The notes under the pieces: model-generated | The model's database searches: none | What the model saw: the letters and a program-made list of their open reading frames with translations, nothing else | What the model was told of the DNA's origin: nothing | Position numbers and translations under genes: made by a program | Part shown: piece by piece, positions 1-9,130 of the stretch | Layout: every line of letters begins with the position of its first letter | Position numbering within the stretch: the stretch's first letter is position 1 | From: an uncultured Candidatus Micrarchaeota archaeon | Lineage (GTDB): Archaea; Micrarchaeota; Micrarchaeia; Burarchaeales; Fermentimicrarchaeaceae | Direction of reading: 5' to 3' | NCBI GenBank assembly: GCA_963760615.1 | Contig: CAVXDX010000012.1 | Span: 8,308-72,307 of the forward strand | Length of the DNA stretch: 64,000 bases

Positions 1-402
1 ATTTGTGGGCTATGTGACACTGTGCAGGTCGGCATAAGGGACATGAGCCTGGAGGAGGCGGAGTTCGTAAAGAAAAATAAGCTCAAAATATTCTATGCAA
101 GGAATGCGCCAAAGCCGAGCGAGGTTGTCTCGCATTTGAAGAGAGATGTGTATGTTTCCATAGATTTGGATGTGTTTGACCCTTCCGAGGTTCCTGCAGT
201 GGGAACCCCACAGCCCGGGGGGCTGCACTGGCATGACGTGATTGCTCTTCTCAGAGAAGTCGCTTCAAAGAGAAACGTTGTTGGATTTGATGTAGTGGAG
301 CTCTGCCCCATAGAAGGAGACATCTCTTCCGACTTCCTGGCTGCGAGGCTTGCTTACAAGTTTCTGGGCTATCTTTTTAAGCCACGCCCCCAAAGGCTAT
401 AG
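1..402 (+). CDS. speB: Agmatinase/arginase-family ureohydrolase, 5'-truncated by window edge
   Basis: VQVGIRD, VYVSIDLDVFDPS..PAVGTPQPGGL and VVGFDVVEL motifs; frame open from base 1. Confidence 0.85.
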   Translation: MCGLCDTVQVGIRDMSLEEAEFVKKNKLKIFYARNAPKPSEVVSHLKRDVYVSIDLDVFDPSEVPAVGTPQPGGLHWHDVIALLREVASKRNVVGFDVVELCPIEGDISSDFLAARLAYKFLGYLFKPRPQRL

Positions 403-404
403 TT

Positions 405-1595
405 ATGGACTGGGTGGCTGCTTATCAGGATGCATTTGCCTATGCTCAGAGGAATATTGTCAGAAACGCCCTTTTTGCTTATAACGTGAATATCGATGCA
501 GTGAAATACCTTAAAGGTGGCGAGAAGTTTCCTGCAAAAATCGCAAAACTGCTTAAAAGATGTGTCAGGAATGGCAGGGAAAACGAGGTGAAAATAGACC
601 AGAAAACCCTGCAAATTCTTATGAGGAAGGTGGGCTACGATGAGATGCGGATGGGAGGGCAGGCAGGGAATATGAGCAACGTTGTATCCTCTCTTGGAGT
701 CCTCTGCTACACCCATGTTCCATCAAAATGCAGGGAGCAGATGAAGCTTTTCGAGCACCCTGGGAACATCCTGATTGCTGACGGCAGTTTCAAAACTCCT
801 GAGAAGATAAACAGGAAGTGCGATGTGCCGATTCATTTCGTTATGGAGTTCGGCAAAGGTTATAAATTCCAGAATGCAGAGGCACCGGCTCCAAACAGGC
901 TCATTGCATCCTTTAACCCACCCTGCGCAGTCTTGGAGATAGATGATGAATTCAGGAGGCTTGCGCCAAGAATCATTGACACCGTAAGCAGGGCGGTCAT
1001 ATCCGGCTTCCACAACCCCACTATTGGAGCTGACTTCAGGGATAGGATAAAGAACGTCAGGACGAACATGGAGGAGCTGAAAGGGATGAATCACAGTTTA
1101 AAGATTCATGTCGAGCTGGGAGACTTTCAGAACCTCAAAGTTCTGAAGGAGGTCACCGAACAGATTCTGCCAATGTGCGACAGTGTTGGTTTCAACGAGA
1201 ATGAGCTGGAACAGATTAGAAAGGTTACCGGGATTAAGGAGGATGCATGGAAAGCGTGCGACAGGATTTGCAGTGAATTCTGCGGTGCCGTCTTCCACCG
1301 CCCGCAGTTCTCCTTCCTCGTGACAAAGGAGGAGAGTTGCGAGAGCCCATTGCTGTTCGGTTCCCTCCTCGCAGCTCACAGGGCAGCAAACGGAAGAAAT
1401 GCCTCATTCAAAGAACTGGAGGAATTCGCGAAGAGCGTTAAGGTGAATGCCGAGGGAGTTGAAAAATACAATGAGTTCAAGAAGGTAAAATTCAGGAACA
1501 ACGCTTATTTTGCTCCTTCTCTGGATATTGGGGAGCCCAAGATGACAGTGGGATTAGGGGACTGCTTCACGGCTGGTTATTTCCTGACAAAATAG
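405..1595 (+). CDS. pfkC: ADP-dependent glucokinase/phosphofructokinase
   Basis: RMGGQAGNMSN and C-terminal TVGLGDCFTAG motifs of the ADP-dependent kinase family. Confidence 0.85.
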   Translation: MDWVAAYQDAFAYAQRNIVRNALFAYNVNIDAVKYLKGGEKFPAKIAKLLKRCVRNGRENEVKIDQKTLQILMRKVGYDEMRMGGQAGNMSNVVSSLGVLCYTHVPSKCREQMKLFEHPGNILIADGSFKTPEKINRKCDVPIHFVMEFGKGYKFQNAEAPAPNRLIASFNPPCAVLEIDDEFRRLAPRIIDTVSRAVISGFHNPTIGADFRDRIKNVRTNMEELKGMNHSLKIHVELGDFQNLKVLKEVTEQILPMCDSVGFNENELEQIRKVTGIKEDAWKACDRICSEFCGAVFHRPQFSFLVTKEESCESPLLFGSLLAAHRAANGRNASFKELEEFAKSVKVNAEGVEKYNEFKKVKFRNNAYFAPSLDIGEPKMTVGLGDCFTAGYFLTK

Positions 1596-1668
1596 TGCGA
1601 CCGCCGGGATTTGAACCCGGGTCGTTGGCTTGGAAGGCCAAAGTCCTACCAGGCTAGACTACGATCGC
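1596..1668 (-). tRNA. tRNA-Gly(TCC)
   Basis: Cloverleaf: acceptor GCGATCG/CGGTCGC, anticodon arm TTGGC-CTTCCAA-GCCAA, GTTCAAATC T-loop; no encoded CCA. Confidence 0.97.
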
Positions 1669-1671
1669 AAG

Positions 1672-1821
<150 letters not shown>

Positions 1822-1866
1822 GCGAGATAATTGTATCATGTGAATTTAATAATCCTTTTCGTGCGG

Positions 1867-2310
1867 CTAGATTAGGTGGTTGAAGTCCTCCTTCACAACA
1901 TTCAAGACAAAATGCGTATTTGTCTTCTCAACTCCTTTCATACCCAAGAGGTGTTTTACGAATCTGTTCATCTCCTCCCTATTTTTGAATTTGGCGATCA
2001 CTATGGCGTCACAAGCTCCGGTTGCATCATACACTCCCATCACATGCGGCAGCTGTGCTATCTCCTTCTCCGCCTCAACTAACTTGCCTTTCCTCGCCAT
2101 AATCTCAATTATTGCTGTGAGTTCATAGCCTAGTTTTTCATAGTCAAGTAGGATTGAATACCCCTGTATCACACCATTTCTTTCCAATCCCCTGACCTTT
2201 TGAATCACAGTTGAGGTTGAGACTCCCAATTTTTTCGATAATGCCCTGAAGGATATTCTTGAGTCCTTACTGAGCTCTTGGATTGTCCTCAGACTCATTT
2301 CATCAAACAT
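1867..2310 (-). CDS. Lrp/AsnC family transcriptional regulator
   Basis: N-terminal HTH (DSRISFRALSKKLGVS..VRGLERNGVIQGY) and RAM domain (VYDATGACDAIV); divergent from glnA. Confidence 0.9.
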   Translation of the reverse strand: MFDEMSLRTIQELSKDSRISFRALSKKLGVSTSTVIQKVRGLERNGVIQGYSILLDYEKLGYELTAIIEIMARKGKLVEAEKEIAQLPHVMGVYDATGACDAIVIAKFKNREEMNRFVKHLLGMKGVEKTNTHFVLNVVKEDFNHLI

Positions 2311-2461
2311 ATGTTCACCTCTATTTCGTTTTTATGGTATTTTTTAGATGAATATACTTTAAAAATATGTTATTATGGACATTTGTCCTATTTTTTAGTA
2401 TAGGAACAAACTTATATATATTTGAGTGGCTAAAACTAGCTACTCATTGGAGGTGAACGCG

Positions 2462-3799
2462 GTGAGTGAAAATGAGTTGAAGGAAGGGATACTCAAGAAT
2501 GCAAAAAAGAACGGATTGAAGTTCGTGAGTCTGCAGTTTGTAGACATCTTTGGCGTTGCCAAAAACTGCGAGATAACCAGGGATAAACTGGAGGATGCAC
2601 TCAACTCCGGTCTGTGGTTTGACGGCTCCTCCATTGAAGGGTTTGCTAGGATTCATGAAAGTGACATGCTGCTCAAGCCAGACCTAAAAACCTTCTGTTT
2701 TCTCCCGTGGACAGAGAATAAGGTTGCTAGGATAATGTGCGATGTTTATACAATCGATGAAAAACCTTTTGAAGGGGATCCAAGGGGGAATCTAAAACAT
2801 TCTTTGAAGAAACTCAAAGAGGAGGGGTTTGAGTACAAGGTTGGACCTGAGCTTGAGTTCTTCTTTTTTAGGATGACGGACGGCCTTGCTCCGAATCCCG
2901 AGCCCCACGATGCTGGAAGCTACTGGGACCTGAGTCCGCTGGATTTGGCCGTGGATGTAAAAAGAGAGGTTATTGAGCAGATGGACCGCATGGGTTTGAA
3001 CATAGAGAGAGGCTCACATGAGGTTGCCCCTGGACAGCATGAGATAGGTCTTGGATATGGTGATGCACTTTCAATAGCAGATAACGTTCTCACGTATAAG
3101 AATACTCTTAAGATGATAGCAAAGAAATATGGGCTTTTTGCATCCTTCATGCCGAAACCAATTTTTGGGATAAACGGTTCTGGGATGCACACCCACCAGA
3201 GCATATGGAAAAACGGTAAGAATGCATTCTTCGACGCTGATGATAAGTACGGCCTTTCAAAAATTGCGCATCAATTCATCGCAGGCCAGCTCCACCACGC
3301 CAGACCGCTGGCTGGTGTTGTCGCACCAACAGTCAACTCATACAAGAGGCTTGTTCCAGGCTATGAGGCACCGGTATACATCTGCTGGGCTCGGATAAAC
3401 AGGTCTGCTTTGATAAGGGTGCCCAAATCGATAAAGGGTAAGAGGGAAGCAAGCAGAATAGAGCTCCGATGCCCAGACCCGTCATGCAATCCGTACTTGG
3501 CTTTCGCTGCCATGCTCTCTGCAGGTTTTGACGGAATCAAAAACAGGATGACTCCACCAGAACCGCTGGAAGAAAACGTATATCATTTTGATGACAAGAA
3601 ACTGGAAAAACTTCGGATAGGAACGCTGCCTGCATCCCTCAGTGAAGCAACTACGGAGTTGGGCAGAAGCAGAGTTATGAGAGAAGCACTGGGCGAGTTT
3701 ATATTTAACAAGCTGATTGAGATTCAGGAGAAACAGTGGGATGCCTACAGGACGCAGGTAACTCCTTGGGAGATAGAGAGGTATCTACCAATCCTCTGA
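2462..3799 (+). CDS. glnA: Glutamine synthetase type I
   Basis: FDGSSIEGF, HEVAPGQHEI, FMPKPIFGINGSGMHTHQS, NRSALIRVP, RIELRCPDPSCNPYLA; start moved to GTG 2462 behind SD GGAGGTGA. Confidence 0.97.
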   Translation: MSENELKEGILKNAKKNGLKFVSLQFVDIFGVAKNCEITRDKLEDALNSGLWFDGSSIEGFARIHESDMLLKPDLKTFCFLPWTENKVARIMCDVYTIDEKPFEGDPRGNLKHSLKKLKEEGFEYKVGPELEFFFFRMTDGLAPNPEPHDAGSYWDLSPLDLAVDVKREVIEQMDRMGLNIERGSHEVAPGQHEIGLGYGDALSIADNVLTYKNTLKMIAKKYGLFASFMPKPIFGINGSGMHTHQSIWKNGKNAFFDADDKYGLSKIAHQFIAGQLHHARPLAGVVAPTVNSYKRLVPGYEAPVYICWARINRSALIRVPKSIKGKREASRIELRCPDPSCNPYLAFAAMLSAGFDGIKNRMTPPEPLEENVYHFDDKKLEKLRIGTLPASLSEATTELGRSRVMREALGEFIFNKLIEIQEKQWDAYRTQVTPWEIERYLPIL

Positions 3800-3800
3800 G

Positions 3801-3872
3801 TGGGCCCGCCCGGGATCGAACCGGGAGTTTTCACCGTGTAAGGGTGACGTCTTACCATTCGACCACGAGCCC
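3801..3872 (-). tRNA. tRNA-Val(TAC)
   Basis: Anticodon arm TCACC-CTTACAC-GGTGA, acceptor GGGCTCG/CGGGCCC. Confidence 0.97.
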
Positions 3873-3928
3873 GTTAACTGCGGATATTAACGAATTTCAA
3901 TTTAAAATACGTTTGGCAATTCAGGTGT

Positions 3929-5332
3929 TTAGGCAACTTCCTTCCCATCTCCTTTCTCAACTCTTCCGTACTCGCTCATGCCCGCCCTCCACAATGAGCC
4001 GTACCTCTCGTTCATCTGCTCCTCAATTGTTTTGCCTCTCTTCACTGCAACCTCAACATGCTTCTTCTCTATGAACTCGCTTCCCTCCACAGAGGCAATG
4101 TCTCCTGCAAGCTTTATTATCCCGCTCACTCCCCTCAGGCGCAGGGTTAATGCAGCAACATCGTCTATTGTTTTGGCCCTCTTCCTCGCCTCGCTTATTA
4201 TCGCCTGGATTGCGCCTGCATCTGCATGCGGTATTCTGCCGTCCTTCACTATCTCCTGCGCCACGAACTGCACCATTTTCATCTGGTTCTCTTCAGTGTC
4301 ATCCATATATGTTTTCAGCAGAACTTCGTAGCCGTTGCCTGTCATCCTTGACCTCAAGGGCGGGAGCAGCGAAGGCAAATCGCTCATGTTCAATGCAGCA
4401 ACAAGTATGAAGTCGCATGGAACGGCATCAACCCTCACAGATGCTCCTGTGCTCGACTCATTTCTTCCAGTCACTGGGAACTTCTTCTCCTGCATTGCTG
4501 TGAGTATGAACCTCTGCAGATAACCAAGATTCGCTATTTCATCTACGAAAAGCACTCCCTCATGCGCCTCGTGAATCGCCCCTGGGACAACCCGCATATA
4601 GGGCAGCGTGCCTACCTCAGGATGCCCTCCGTATGGGTCGTGCCTCACGTCTCCGAGCAGCTCAGTCTCTGATGCGCCTGTTGCCTGCACAAATGTCTCC
4701 CTCTTTAGGGGCACTATTACCTTCCTAGGTCTCACTTCTGAATCAATGACCTTTGTGAGCGACTTCTGGTCATACACTCTCACCTTGTCCCCGTCCGCCC
4801 TCTCGTATACCATTATCTCCTCCTTCCCATCCGGGCATTTCCTCGTTGCATATACACGGTCCTTTGTCTTTGTTGCATTCGTTGAGACAAAATCCTCAAA
4901 TGGGGATACGCGCTTCATCTGCTTGTCAGAGCCGCAGTTGGGGCACACCTGAGGGTTCGTGCTGAGCACTCCGCACATTTCGCACCTGCAGCCCAGTTTC
5001 TCTGCAATATACTTTGGAATCTTGGAAACGGGAACTACCACGCCCTCCTCCCTGCTGCCTGAGCATGGCTTGAACTCCCTCACATCCAGCATAGGTCTTT
5101 CAGGGTTTGAGAAGTTGTGCAGCACTGCCACCTCTTGCTTCGGCGGGGGTATCAGATGGGCCAGAGACTGGGCTATCATGCTCTTTCCGGTTCCCGGAGG
5201 GCCAACGAGAAGAAGATGTCTCCTCTGCCTTGAGGCTATTCTCGCTGCCTCAACTGCGCCACCCTGTCCTATTATCATTTCAAGCGGATCCTTGGGCAGA
5301 GCAACGTCTTTTGTGCTCCCCGGTAGGTCCAT
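3929..5332 (-). CDS. Archaeal LonB-like AAA+ ATPase lacking the protease domain
   Basis: IIGQ, Walker A GPPGTGKS, LGDVRHDPYGG, GAIHEAHEGVLFVDEI; ends soon after the ATPase lid with no Ser-Lys protease domain. Confidence 0.85.
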   Translation of the reverse strand: MDLPGSTKDVALPKDPLEMIIGQGGAVEAARIASRQRRHLLLVGPPGTGKSMIAQSLAHLIPPPKQEVAVLHNFSNPERPMLDVREFKPCSGSREEGVVVPVSKIPKYIAEKLGCRCEMCGVLSTNPQVCPNCGSDKQMKRVSPFEDFVSTNATKTKDRVYATRKCPDGKEEIMVYERADGDKVRVYDQKSLTKVIDSEVRPRKVIVPLKRETFVQATGASETELLGDVRHDPYGGHPEVGTLPYMRVVPGAIHEAHEGVLFVDEIANLGYLQRFILTAMQEKKFPVTGRNESSTGASVRVDAVPCDFILVAALNMSDLPSLLPPLRSRMTGNGYEVLLKTYMDDTEENQMKMVQFVAQEIVKDGRIPHADAGAIQAIISEARKRAKTIDDVAALTLRLRGVSGIIKLAGDIASVEGSEFIEKKHVEVAVKRGKTIEEQMNERYGSLWRAGMSEYGRVEKGDGKEVA

Positions 5333-5389
5333 AGAGTAGCTTTTGATGCTACATTTTTATATTGCTTTTGAAAGGAAAAAAGAAAAAAA

Positions 5390-6676
5390 TCAGAACTTTG
5401 TGGATATCAGCATGTCCTCAGGCCTTCGGAATATGTTGCCCAACTTCACTCCAAGAAGTATCTTCGCCCCCTTGTTCTCAGCTAAATCAACAAGCCTCTG
5501 CGTGATTATCCCATCCAACACAACTGCATATATTGGTGCCGTGTCAGTGAGCGCCTTGATCAAATCCCTCACAGGAACTTCAAACTTGAGGGAAAGTTGC
5601 TCGTCATATATCCTTGCCCTCAGTGTATTCTCCAGCTCAGTCAGGCTTGTGAGCAGCATCTGCGGGGGCTCAACCTCTGTGCTTATCTTGGTTATATCTT
5701 GCAGGGCAGACTCCTCCACTTTTGGTGGCGCGGGCTGCATCTCAGGAGGGCGGTACTGCTGCCTCTCTTCCTGTCTTTGTGGATACTGCTCTGGCTTCGG
5801 CTGGTACTGCTCCTGCCTAGGCTGGTATGAAACTTCCTGCTTTGGCTTGGCGTTCTCCGTCACCTGCTCTATTGGAACCTTGCCTCTCAGACATTTTATT
5901 ATCTCCTTTCTAGTGAGTTCCTCCACCTCCTTCCCTGCGGGCGCTCTTGCAATGTAGTCAATCTCAGCCACCTGGGAGAGCTCCTTGAGTATGATGTCCC
6001 CTCCCCTATCCCCGTCCAAGAAAACAGTGACCTCCTTCTCCTTGCACAGTGCTGCAAGAGTTCTAGGCACATTGGCGCCTCCTACTGCAATCACATTGTT
6101 TATGTCGTTCTTGAGCAGGTTTATCACATCTGCTCTTCCCTCAACTATGATTACTGAGTCGTATGTAGTTATGTTTGGACCGGAAGGCAGCTTCTCAGGC
6201 CCATACTCGGAAACCTCGGCAGTCTTCACCTCCTGCCTAACAAGCTGCGAGATCTCCCTGCTCTCAGGTATCTCGGTTGCAAGAAGCGTTTTCAGCAAAG
6301 ACTTGGCCCTGTCTACAACCACTTTTCTCTTTGCATTTCTTGTATCTTCTATCTTCTCAACATTCACCCTTGCATCACAGGGGCCCACCCTGTCAACGGT
6401 TTCCAGGGCAGCTGCCAGTATGCTCGTCTCAACCATGTCCAACGAGGATGGAAGCATTATCTTTCCCACGCTCCTGCCTCCCCTCACCTGTATGTCAACC
6501 TCTATCCTGCCTATCCTGCCGTTCTTCTGCAGCTCCCTCAAGTCCAATTCGTCTCCTAGAAGACCTTCAGTCTGTCCGAAGACTGCTCCAACGACATCGG
6601 GCTTCTCCACAAGCCCCCCTATCTCAATATTCGCGGATATCACATATTTCACAGTGTCAATATACGTCTTAGCCAT
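5390..6676 (-). CDS. dnaG: Archaeal DnaG primase-like protein
   Basis: VVGAVFGQTEGLLGDELDLRELQKNGRIGRI, TOPRIM VEGRADV and DGDRGGD; start MAKTYIDT at 6676 behind SD GGTGAT. Confidence 0.93.
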   Translation of the reverse strand: MAKTYIDTVKYVISANIEIGGLVEKPDVVGAVFGQTEGLLGDELDLRELQKNGRIGRIEVDIQVRGGRSVGKIMLPSSLDMVETSILAAALETVDRVGPCDARVNVEKIEDTRNAKRKVVVDRAKSLLKTLLATEIPESREISQLVRQEVKTAEVSEYGPEKLPSGPNITTYDSVIIVEGRADVINLLKNDINNVIAVGGANVPRTLAALCKEKEVTVFLDGDRGGDIILKELSQVAEIDYIARAPAGKEVEELTRKEIIKCLRGKVPIEQVTENAKPKQEVSYQPRQEQYQPKPEQYPQRQEERQQYRPPEMQPAPPKVEESALQDITKISTEVEPPQMLLTSLTELENTLRARIYDEQLSLKFEVPVRDLIKALTDTAPIYAVVLDGIITQRLVDLAENKGAKILLGVKLGNIFRRPEDMLISTKF

Positions 6677-7094
6677 TTGGATCACCCTCAATTTTCTTTT
6701 TGAATTCCTCCAGTTTCCTGTCAATCTCCTCGAAGTTGTACACCCCGAGCAGATACCTCAGTTTCCTCCTTACTTCAGTGTCAGGAAGCACATTGTATGA
6801 ATACAACGCTTCCTCAACTCTCTTGCACAGCTTCTCTCCAGTCTCATCGAAATCGGTGAGAACCACCGCCTCGTCAGCAATTTTTGCAACTCTTTTGCAC
6901 AACTCATCAGGGGTTAGGTTTATCAGGAATATCCTGTTCCTCACCCCTATGCGCTCAAGGGCTGCCTTGTCCCTCTTTCCCTCCACCAGTATCGGCTTTC
7001 CGCTTTCCTCCAGCTCCCTCAGAACCCTGCGGAGCAGCTTCTGCTTCCTCTGAAGCTTCCTCATCCTTAGAGGAGTGAATTTCTTCACTTTCAT
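6669..7094 (-). CDS. Small TOPRIM-domain protein (RNase M5-like)
   Basis: ILVEGKRDKAAL and VVLTDFDETGEKL; overlaps the dnaG start. Confidence 0.85.
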   Translation of the reverse strand: MKVKKFTPLRMRKLQRKQKLLRRVLRELEESGKPILVEGKRDKAALERIGVRNRIFLINLTPDELCKRVAKIADEAVVLTDFDETGEKLCKRVEEALYSYNVLPDTEVRRKLRYLLGVYNFEEIDRKLEEFKKKIEGDPNG

Positions 7095-7233
7095 CACTTG
7101 CAACTTTGTAGGTGTAGAGAATAAGAGTAGAAGTGTACTGTGCAATGTTGACCGAATTTCATTGATCGGCTTTCTCCATCAGCCATCCTTTGCACAGCAG
7201 TTATATTTTGAATAAACCCCTATATAAGCTTGA

Positions 7234-7779
7234 TTAAACTGACTCCTCCTCTACACACTCCTCGCAGGCAAGCTTGCCACCGCTCTTCTTCAGTGTCTCC
7301 GAATAGTTGCCGCATATCTCGCAGTTGCCCGACACAAATTCAGAAGCACCAAAATTTTCCAGCTCTGTTTTCTCGCGTATTATCTCGTAGAGCCCTGGCG
7401 ATATCCTCACTATGTCCGTCTCTCCTATGATGCCTATGAGTTTCCCCTTGTCATTAACCACAGGCAACCTCTTTATCCCCTCATCCCTGAGTATCTCTGC
7501 AACCTTCTCTATCATCTCATCAGGCCCTACTGTCTTGAGTTTGGAGTGCATAATTTCCTTCATGAGAGTCTCCCTGGGGTCTCTCCCCTCTGCAACCACT
7601 TTATAGGTTATATCCCCCTCCGTCACTATTCCCACTAGAGCGTCATCCTTTAGTATTACTACGGAGCCTATCTTGTTTTCCCTCATAAGCTTCGCTGCTT
7701 CCATAGCTGTGTTCTCTTCCTTGAGGGTTACAACCTCCCTCTTCATACAGTCTCCTACTCTTATTTCCTTTACCTTCAT
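7234..7779 (-). CDS. CBS-domain protein with C-terminal zinc ribbon
   Basis: Two CBS repeats (LVGIVTEGDI; LIGIIGETDI) plus CEICG...CEEC. Confidence 0.88.
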   Translation of the reverse strand: MKVKEIRVGDCMKREVVTLKEENTAMEAAKLMRENKIGSVVILKDDALVGIVTEGDITYKVVAEGRDPRETLMKEIMHSKLKTVGPDEMIEKVAEILRDEGIKRLPVVNDKGKLIGIIGETDIVRISPGLYEIIREKTELENFGASEFVSGNCEICGNYSETLKKSGGKLACEECVEEESV

Positions 7780-7836
7780 ACACTATGCTTTTGCACTAGT
7801 AATTTTATAAAACTTCGCCGAGCAGCTTATAATGGT

Positions 7837-8226
7837 GTGGATTTGCTGAGGTATGCAAAGGGTGCACGGGGCGAGAGAGAGCTGATCAACATATTCCATG
7901 AGAATGGCTTCTCGGTGATACGGGCAGCCGGGAGCGGAGTCAGCTCCCTGTGCCCTGACATGCTTGTCTTCAGGAAGGGTTTGCAGTATGCATTCGAATG
8001 CAAGGCGTGGAACTCCGGAAGCTTGAGCATAGAGAAGGAGAAGTTCAAAGCACTCAAGGAGTGGGAGGACAACACGGGCATAACCACATTCATTGCTTGG
8101 AGGATGAACAGGGTGGGCTGGAGGTTCATTTACCTCAGCGAGCTTGAGGAGAACCCGAGGAGCTACACTGTGACAAGGAGCAGGGCATTGGCAATAGGTA
8201 GGGTGCTTGACAAGCTTCTGGGATAG
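7837..8226 (+). CDS. hjc: Holliday junction resolvase Hjc
   Basis: KGARGEREL, VIRAAGSG, PDML, FECK nuclease motifs. Confidence 0.92.
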   Translation: MDLLRYAKGARGERELINIFHENGFSVIRAAGSGVSSLCPDMLVFRKGLQYAFECKAWNSGSLSIEKEKFKALKEWEDNTGITTFIAWRMNRVGWRFIYLSELEENPRSYTVTRSRALAIGRVLDKLLG

Positions 8227-8265
8227 GTTTTTTAATGAAGATAGGCAATATGTAACAGGGGTTCA

Positions 8266-8652
8266 ATGAAGGAGCTTCTTGTACTGGCGAAGGACAGAAT
8301 AGGGCTTCTGGCTGACTTATCCTACATACTGGGCCAAGCAGGCATCAACATAGAGTCTATCTCAGCTGATACTCTTGGAGACAAGGCTGTGATACACCTG
8401 ATTGTTTCCGATGACAAGCAGGGGAAGGAATTGCTGGAGAGGGGGGGCTTCATAGTGATGAGCTCGGATGCCATTGTCATAAAGGTGAAGGAGAGGCCTG
8501 GCGAGTTTTCAAGGGTCACCAGGGTGCTGGCAAACGCAAGGATAAACATAAAGAGCACTCAACTGCTCACAAAGGAGGGCGGACTTGCCTTATACACTCT
8601 GAGAGTTGATAATGTAAAGAAGGCAGCAGCCCTACTCAAGGACTATATGTGA
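8266..8652 (+). CDS. Tandem ACT-domain protein
   Basis: DRIGLLADLSYILGQAGINIESI and ERPGEFSRVTRVLANARINI. Confidence 0.85.
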   Translation: MKELLVLAKDRIGLLADLSYILGQAGINIESISADTLGDKAVIHLIVSDDKQGKELLERGGFIVMSSDAIVIKVKERPGEFSRVTRVLANARINIKSTQLLTKEGGLALYTLRVDNVKKAAALLKDYM

Positions 8653-8653
8653 T

Positions 8654-9130
8654 TTGATGAGAAAGCTCAAATCCTTCCGCTCTGAAAGCAGGAACTCGCT
8701 TCTTAATTGGCATAGAGTGAAGAACCCACTGAGAGTTTCTCTGAATTTTCTTCTAATATACACTGCAAGATACATGCCTTCACTCAGTGTGAAGAATTTC
8801 CTTTACAGGCTTACTGGGATGAAGGTTGGGAAGGATGTCGCTGTAGGGCTGGGGGCAGTTTTTGATATATTCTTCCCTGAGCTCATAGAGATTGGGGATA
8901 ACTGCATAATAGGCTACGGGGTGACTGTGCTGGCACACGAGTTTCTCATCAAGGAGTGGAAGACTGGGAGGGTGAAGATAGGCAGGAATGTCCTCATAGG
9001 AGCTAACACAACGGTGCTTGCCGGGGTGAGCATAGGCGACAACTCAACAGTATCGGCATGCTCTCTGGTGAATGACAGTATACCGGCGGACTCCTTCTAC
9101 GCAGGAGTCCCGGCAAAAAAGGTGAAGTGA
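8654..9130 (+). CDS. Hexapeptide-repeat O-acetyltransferase, YvoF-like
   Basis: Left-handed beta-helix repeats; KNFLYR..GMKVGK, DIFFPELIEIGDNCIIGY, LAHEFL, VLIGANTTVLAGV. Confidence 0.75.
   Translation: MMRKLKSFRSESRNSLLNWHRVKNPLRVSLNFLLIYTARYMPSLSVKNFLYRLTGMKVGKDVAVGLGAVFDIFFPELIEIGDNCIIGYGVTVLAHEFLIKEWKTGRVKIGRNVLIGANTTVLAGVSIGDNSTVSACSLVNDSIPADSFYAGVPAKKVK

Noticed and set aside
5343-6800. Long plus-strand ORFs 5343-5957 and 5985-6800
   Set aside because: Antisense shadows of dnaG, Ser-rich with no motifs
7136-7199. Fluoride riboswitch
   Set aside because: GGC-TGATGGAG-AAA-GCC resembles its P1, but the AAACCGC/P2 and UGA-CUCC pseudoknot partner are missing and no crcB/eriC gene is adjacent
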